Shown here one piece after another: positions 58,442 to 64,000 of a DNA stretch of 64,000 bases. A model generated the notes under the pieces. It saw only the letters and a program-made list of their open reading frames with translations. It was not told where the DNA came from and made no database searches. Source of the DNA: Candidatus Latescibacterota bacterium (GTDB taxonomy: Bacteria; Latescibacterota; UBA2968; GCA-2709665); contig OZ242358.1 in the NCBI GenBank assembly GCA_965208835.1, forward strand, positions 2,560,001 to 2,624,000, in the 5' to 3' direction. Made by a program: the position numbers and the translations under genes. How positions within the stretch are numbered: the first letter of the stretch is position 1; every line of letters begins with the position of its first letter.

Positions 58442-59227
58442 CTACCCTCCGGATTGAACGGCGCTGATTTCATCCTTTGAAATCTTCTGTACGCTCATCG
58501 GATTGAATGTCTGGCGTGTGCCCGAACGGAGTGCGACCTCGATTCTTCCTCCGGTCAAGACGAAAAACTGCAGCAGAAAACCCCCGCCCTGCATCGGCTC
58601 AACCTGATATTCCTCGGGGTCCAACCCGTCGATCCATACAGGAAGACATGCCCTGAAGCGGTCATCTGCACATACGGATTGCGGTAGCGCCATCACCAGC
58701 GTTCCCGGTGATTCGTCCAGGGTCTCACCTATGGTCCTTCTTATCCCCGCAAGATAAGGAATCACCTTCGCCGCGTAGTGGAAGTCGTCTTCGTCATCCC
58801 GCACGGGCGGCACGATACCCCATGTCATATGGTGGACGAATGGATTCCCGTGACCCTGGGCAAGCATGTGGTCCCGGGCGGCTTCGTCCACGGGATGGAC
58901 GACCGCGACGTAGTCAAACCAGCCCTTTCCTCGAGCGGAACTGTCCTCGGGCAATCCGGAAGGTACATTTATGTAGTCGTGCCCGTCAACCGGCGACGGA
59001 TAGCACCGGGTGTCCCAACCGGCGACGTATCCGATGCGTTTCAATCGGCCGGAGAGGAGGTGCGGGGGATCGACAAAAATGGCGGCATGATCCGGATTCG
59101 GCAGCAGAGGCACACCGGCGTCGGAGATTCTTCGAGCGACGTCGAGTGCCTCCCCGAGGCGTTCGGGTGCGTTGGGGATGTCGAGTTGATCGTTGAAATC
59201 ATCCGGCAGAATGACGTTCCGGGACAT
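58442..59227 (-). CDS. Hypothetical VOC-fold protein resembling the HPPD catalytic domain
   Basis: AAGGAG RBS; ordered motifs PDHAAI, GNPFVHHMTW, FLLQFF, IEVALR, TFNP. Confidence 0.6.
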   Translation of the reverse strand: MSRNVILPDDFNDQLDIPNAPERLGEALDVARRISDAGVPLLPNPDHAAIFVDPPHLLSGRLKRIGYVAGWDTRCYPSPVDGHDYINVPSGLPEDSSARGKGWFDYVAVVHPVDEAARDHMLAQGHGNPFVHHMTWGIVPPVRDDEDDFHYAAKVIPYLAGIRRTIGETLDESPGTLVMALPQSVCADDRFRACLPVWIDGLDPEEYQVEPMQGGGFLLQFFVLTGGRIEVALRSGTRQTFNPMSVQKISKDEISAVQSGG

Positions 59228-59694
59228 CTTGATCTCCTTCTGGACGATCGCGATCGATCACACGTATTGATTCGGCAGACAGATCGGACTGCGGGCGCTG
59301 AAATGGAAAACATTGACCTTTACGCTGTAAAATCGCGTCGTGGCTTCGCGGTGTCAAGGGGAATTCGTTTTGGGAAGGAGAAATGGGATCGGTACAAGGG
59401 GTTCTAAGCCCTGCTGAAGCCGCCGCCGGCCGGCAACGGGCGCAACAATCTGGCGTGGACATTTCCCGTTTCGCGGCTGGGACTCCCTCGGGAATTTTTG
59501 TCACTTATCGACCGCGAGCGATGTTTCAATTTCAAAACCTCTGCTGAAAATTGTATTCATCCACGAGTATGTCCGATCGGATGATCCTGTGATACAACAG
59601 ATTGATAAAAAATAACTTATGTCAAAAGACCCTGATTGGCACAAGGATTGCATCTTCCGGTATAACGTATAGGCGCCTGCGGAAGGAGAGATGT

Positions 59695-62600
59695 GTGAAA
59701 CAGATGCTCGTGTTCGTGTTCGTGTTCCTGGTCATTGACCGGACGGGGCTGTGGGCGCAGGCGGTAGCAACGCCGGATACGCTTCGCTTCGGTCCTGTGC
59801 GCACGTGGACTTCCGTCCAGGATAGTGTCCATATCCTAAACACGGGTGACGCTGACGTAATCCTGACTTCCGGCGATGTGGACAATGCCGCCTTCCGGCT
59901 GCCGAGCGACCCGTTTTCCGACACAGGCGACACGCTGGCACCCGACCAGGCCTTGAATCTCCCCGTAATTTTCGAGCCGAGTGACATTGGTGTGCTCACC
60001 GCAATCCTAACGGTCGGCACCAATGGAGGTTCTCTGAATGTGCATCTCACCGGCGAAGGCGTTCGCGAAGTGATAGTCATCCAGGAGATCCTCGCCGACC
60101 CGCCACCGGGTCTCGCCGGTGACGCCAATGGAGACGGGGTACGTGATACTTACCACGATGAATTTGTTGAACTCCTGAATATCGGATTGAGACCGGTCGA
60201 CATTGGTGGGTGGCAATTAAGCGATGCAGGAGCGGCCGTGTCAAAGAGGTTTACGTTTCCGGAAGACACCCGGCTGAATCCGGGCGAACGCGCGGTCCTT
60301 TTTGGCGGCGGCAGCCCAACCGGTTTCCCGGGACCCGTGTTTGTCGACGACGGAAGGATCGGTGGTGGTCTGAGTAACACAAGCGACGCCGTTTTCCTGA
60401 TAGATTCGAATATACCGGATACGATGGCGACCGCCGCCTACGATACCCAGGCGGACCGGAACCAATCCCTGGTTCGCCATCCAGAGGGTCGGGGCCCCTT
60501 CGTTCTCCACAGCGCATTGCCGGGTGGCGGCCCGCTGTTTTCTCCGGGTCGGGGGCGTTCGGATATCCAACGCATTGAAGTTCTGCCCGCGGATACCACG
60601 GTGGAACTTGAAGCGACGATCCGGTTCGAAGCTCGTGCCGAATTCAGCGATGGAAGCGAGTCCACGATGGACGAGGGGGTGGTCTGGCATACCACCAACG
60701 ATGCGGTAATCAGCCTTTCAGGCGCCATCGGGACCGCCGTGGGCGTGGGGTTTGCTGAGATTGCCGCCAGCGTGTCAGGAGCAATCTCTATTTCCGGCCG
60801 GATTGTGGTTAGAGATCCCGCCCAGTCGAATGCAGGGGCGCTGCCCGTCGAAACGGCAGGAGCCCGGGTGGTGATCGATGAGGTATTGGCTGATCCGGCT
60901 CCCGGTGGGGGCGGGGATGCCAACCGGGACGGGCTGAGGGACGGCAAGGCTGATGAGTTTGTTGAGATATGGAATGTTGACTCGAAACCCGTAAAAATAG
61001 GCGGATGGTGGCTGAGCGACGACGACGTCGGTCCAAGAGGGCGATTTCACTTCCCCGACGGACTGACACTTGAGCCGGGAATGCGTGCAGTGCTTTTTGG
61101 CGGGGGTAATCCACGAGATATCCCAGGGCACGTATTCGTAGATGACGGCAGTATCGGTAACGGATTGACCAATAAGGGGGATCTGGTATTGCTCGTCGAC
61201 CCCGTCTCGGACGATACCGTGGCTGTCGCCGACTTCCGGGTAACAGGGGACCTGAACCGGTCTGTGGTTCGGTTCGCCGAGGGCGTTTACGTTCCGCATG
61301 TTGACTTGCCTGACGGCGGGGTGATTTCTCCGGGCCGGCCGCACCCGATGCCTGCCGTTCCCGTGCAAACGGCGAAAACTCCCCGGCCGGAGTTTCTGGA
61401 TGCCCCTCCATCCTGGTGCCGGGTAGGCGCGCTTTGCCGGTTCATGCCCAGGATTCGCAATCTGGACGGGGGATTCGTGCATCTGGAAACCCGAGCACAC
61501 GGCGTTGTATGGGACCGTTCTACGGGCGAGATTTCGTGGAGGCCGGATCGGGAAGGTCGATTTCGCTTCTGGCAGACCGCGGTGAGTGGTTCGGGCGAAA
61601 ATACAGTACGACAATTCGATATATGGGTTGAACCCCGTCCACAGATCGCAATCGTCGAGATTCTGGCGGACCCGCCGGACGGCCTGAACGGTGACGTGAA
61701 TGGAGATGGAACGCGTGGCAGCCAGTCGGACGAGTTCGTCGAGATCCTGAATGAAGGGTCGGATGCGGTCTGGATTTCGGATTGGCGTTTGAGCGACGAC
61801 GATGTCTCGGCACGAAGGCAGTTCAGGTTTCCCGGTTTCACCAGACTTCAACCCGGAGAACGCGCCGTTCTGTTTGGAGGCGGACAGTCAAAGGGCATCG
61901 ATGGGCCGGTTTTCGTGGATGATGGCAGTATCGGTAACGGTTTGACCGACAATTCTGATGTGATTCTGTTAATCGACTCCGCCTTGAACGATACGCTTGC
62001 CAGCGCCGTCTATACCGTAGAGGGAGACATCGACCAATCTCTGGTGTGGAACGGTTCCGCCTGGGTCCCTCACGAGACCCCTCCCGGTCGCGGGGTTTAC
62101 TCGCCCGGATTGCCCTCCGAGATGGGTACTGTCATTGGAAGAGACGCCGATGACCGGCCCGGCTCCGGTCCCGACCATGGCGATGCGGAGTCGGATGGCG
62201 AGGGAGGTGGCGGCGGAACTTCGTCGGGGACAGTTCCGGCATCTGTGATAATCAGCGAAATTCTCGCGAATCCTGCCCCGGGGGCAACCGGCGACGTCAA
62301 CGCCGACGGAGAACGCCACGGATATCAGGACGAATTCGTGGAACTGTGGAACGCCGGAACCGACACGGCCCGTCTCGACGGGTGCAGGCTTGGAGATGAC
62401 GATACGCCAATGAGTCGCCTGTTCGAATTTCCATCAGGTACGATGCTCCCGCCAGACGGGTTTCTGGTCCTTTTCGGTGGCGGATCCACTACAAACTTCC
62501 CCGAAAACGCTTTTGTGGATGACGGTCGGATCGGCGACGGGCTCTCGAATGCGGGCGACATGATCGTGTTTCTGTCGCCTGACGGTGTGGACACGCTTGA

Positions 62601-64000
62601 CATCATTGGCTATGACACGGCACCCGGGGGCACCTCTCTGGTCCGCAGGGGGGACGCCAAGCTGCAAAGGCATGATCTTCTGCCCTATACAGGCTCGACC
62701 TCGCCCGGCCGTGCCGCGCCGCTGCTGGTTGCCATCCGTGTCGTACCCGATACGCTGGACGTGCCATCGGGATCCGATCGCATCGTTACCGCAGAAGGTG
62801 TCTTCGATTCGGAAACCGTGACGGATGTCACCGGCGATTTGACGTGGAGCGTTGAGGATTCTGCTGTCGCACGGCTCGAAACGGCCCTGCGGGTAAGGGG
62901 GCTTGCTCCCGGGGAAACGGTCTTGCATGCACGGTACGGGCGTTTCACATCCAGCGCCGTCGTCCGGGTTCATCCGAAGCCTGTCGACGGCAACGCAGGC
63001 GGGGTGAAGCCTCCATCCAATCTTCCCCCGTTGTTCATCTCGCGCCCCGACACGCTGGCCATCACAGGTTTGGCATACATGTACACGCCCTCTGCTGAAG
63101 ATCCCGAAAGCGACCCGGTGTCTATTTGGGTGCCGCGCCGCCCGGCATGGATGAATTGGAACGACACCGTTCTGGAGGGTTTGCCGGGACATACCGGCTC
63201 CTGGCCGGTTGTCGTCGCGGCCGCAGACCACAGCGACACGACCGAACAGGCGTTCACCATACATGTCGTAACACCCCGGCTTGATCCGGCGGGCCGTCGG
63301 GACAGCGTTGCCTATGTGGGCGTAACCTGGCGGAAGTCACTGAATATCAGGAAGGGTATCCAGACGCAGATAGACGGGGGACCCGTTCTCGACGCATCGG
63401 GCGAATCTCTCGTGTGGCGCCCCGGCCCCGGAGACAAGGGGCGACGCACAATAACTGTTTCCATAAGCCGGAACGGCGTCGAAAGTCTGATCCTGACATT
63501 CATGATCACGGTACGGCCCCGGCCGATCATCCGCGTGGACGAAATTCTGGTCGATCCGATAACAGATGTCAATGGCGATGGCAAGCAGGAGCGATACGGA
63601 GATCAATTCATCGAATTGTACAATGTCGCCGAGCACGCGGTGGATCTGTCTGGCTGGACGCTCGGTGACGACGACGGAAGTCCGTTTGAATTCCCTGGTG
63701 GCGCGGTCTTGAATGGCGGCGAGCGATTCATCCTCTTCGGCGACGGAATCCGCTCGGGCAAAAGGGGACGTTTTTCCGCGGGGGGCCGAATAGGGAACGG
63801 GCTGGATACCGAGGACAGAATTCTGTTGATCGCACCGGCGGGGCCCGATACGCTGGTGGATGTACGATTTGTGAAGGGGCAGATCGGCGCCTCACTGGTA
63901 CCGGACCCGCACACGCCCGGGAAATGGTTGCCTCACGACCGCGTTTCGCATCTGCCGTATTCGCCCGGGACGGCGACACCACTGGCGGACTCCGCCTTCT
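59695..64000 (+). CDS. Large secreted multi-lamin-tail-domain (LTD)/Ig-like surface protein, 3' end outside the window
   Basis: Not in the ORF track (no stop in window). GGAAGGAG RBS, GTG 59695, signal peptide, ASH-like Ig domain, five LTD repeats (I.E.L.[DN]P...D.N.DG...[EQ]F[VI]E..N....G[WC].L.D...F.FP...LFG...IG.GL...SPG) separated by Big_2/He_PIG-like Ig modules. Confidence 0.85.
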   Translation, partial: MKQMLVFVFVFLVIDRTGLWAQAVATPDTLRFGPVRTWTSVQDSVHILNTGDADVILTSGDVDNAAFRLPSDPFSDTGDTLAPDQALNLPVIFEPSDIGVLTAILTVGTNGGSLNVHLTGEGVREVIVIQEILADPPPGLAGDANGDGVRDTYHDEFVELLNIGLRPVDIGGWQLSDAGAAVSKRFTFPEDTRLNPGERAVLFGGGSPTGFPGPVFVDDGRIGGGLSNTSDAVFLIDSNIPDTMATAAYDTQADRNQSLVRHPEGRGPFVLHSALPGGGPLFSPGRGRSDIQRIEVLPADTTVELEATIRFEARAEFSDGSESTMDEGVVWHTTNDAVISLSGAIGTAVGVGFAEIAASVSGAISISGRIVVRDPAQSNAGALPVETAGARVVIDEVLADPAPGGGGDANRDGLRDGKADEFVEIWNVDSKPVKIGGWWLSDDDVGPRGRFHFPDGLTLEPGMRAVLFGGGNPRDIPGHVFVDDGSIGNGLTNKGDLVLLVDPVSDDTVAVADFRVTGDLNRSVVRFAEGVYVPHVDLPDGGVISPGRPHPMPAVPVQTAKTPRPEFLDAPPSWCRVGALCRFMPRIRNLDGGFVHLETRAHGVVWDRSTGEISWRPDREGRFRFWQTAVSGSGENTVRQFDIWVEPRPQIAIVEILADPPDGLNGDVNGDGTRGSQSDEFVEILNEGSDAVWISDWRLSDDDVSARRQFRFPGFTRLQPGERAVLFGGGQSKGIDGPVFVDDGSIGNGLTDNSDVILLIDSALNDTLASAVYTVEGDIDQSLVWNGSAWVPHETPPGRGVYSPGLPSEMGTVIGRDADDRPGSGPDHGDAESDGEGGGGGTSSGTVPASVIISEILANPAPGATGDVNADGERHGYQDEFVELWNAGTDTARLDGCRLGDDDTPMSRLFEFPSGTMLPPDGFLVLFGGGSTTNFPENAFVDDGRIGDGLSNAGDMIVFLSPDGVDTLDIIGYDTAPGGTSLVRRGDAKLQRHDLLPYTGSTSPGRAAPLLVAIRVVPDTLDVPSGSDRIVTAEGVFDSETVTDVTGDLTWSVEDSAVARLETALRVRGLAPGETVLHARYGRFTSSAVVRVHPKPVDGNAGGVKPPSNLPPLFISRPDTLAITGLAYMYTPSAEDPESDPVSIWVPRRPAWMNWNDTVLEGLPGHTGSWPVVVAAADHSDTTEQAFTIHVVTPRLDPAGRRDSVAYVGVTWRKSLNIRKGIQTQIDGGPVLDASGESLVWRPGPGDKGRRTITVSISRNGVESLILTFMITVRPRPIIRVDEILVDPITDVNGDGKQERYGDQFIELYNVAEHAVDLSGWTLGDDDGSPFEFPGGAVLNGGERFILFGDGIRSGKRGRFSAGGRIGNGLDTEDRILLIAPAGPDTLVDVRFVKGQIGASLVPDPHTPGKWLPHDRVSHLPYSPGTATPLADSAF

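Noticed and set aside
59710-59727. (GTGTTC)x3 repeat as a phase-variation tract
   Set aside because: Only three in-frame units encoding the VFVFVF of the signal peptide.
1-64000. CRISPR array, rRNA, prophage, defence or retron-type system
   Set aside because: No spaced direct repeats, rRNA signatures, phage, Cas, reverse transcriptase or transposase motifs were seen by eye.

Overview
GC-rich bacterial chromosomal window. The gene mix suggests an FCB-group, Latescibacterota-like organism (inference only). Housekeeping blocks: rnhB::yraN fusion, hisS-aspS (1-5.5 kb); acyP-apt-tRNA-Arg, ruvX-mltG-pcrA, gatC-pyrG-lptC-lptA-lptB-rpoN (45-58 kb). These flank a long catabolic/accessory region with a heterodimeric ABC exporter, two SDRs, two hydantoinase/oxoprolinase A+B pairs, Gfo/Idh/MocA, VOC, Ldh_2, MBL hydrolase, FNR, an FAD oxidoreductase/Fe-ADH/PhyH operon, rhomboid, class V and DegT aminotransferases, BNR_4, rmlA, a GH88-like gene, and a DUF547-arsS / arsC arsenic module. 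There are two tRNAs (Gly-GCC, Arg-CCT) and one 186-bp MITE. Two real genes are missing from the ORF track because they run off the window: 1-501 (minus) and a >1400-codon secreted protein with five lamin-tail domains (59695-64000). I saw no CRISPR array, rRNA, prophage or transposase. The most unusual items are an arsC whose catalytic Cys is Trp next to arsS, an archaeal/CPR-type pyrG in an lpt operon without kds genes, a truncated HPPD-like VOC enzyme, a multi-zinc-finger orphan, and a candidate switchable leader RNA. All family calls come from motifs read by eye; no database search was run.
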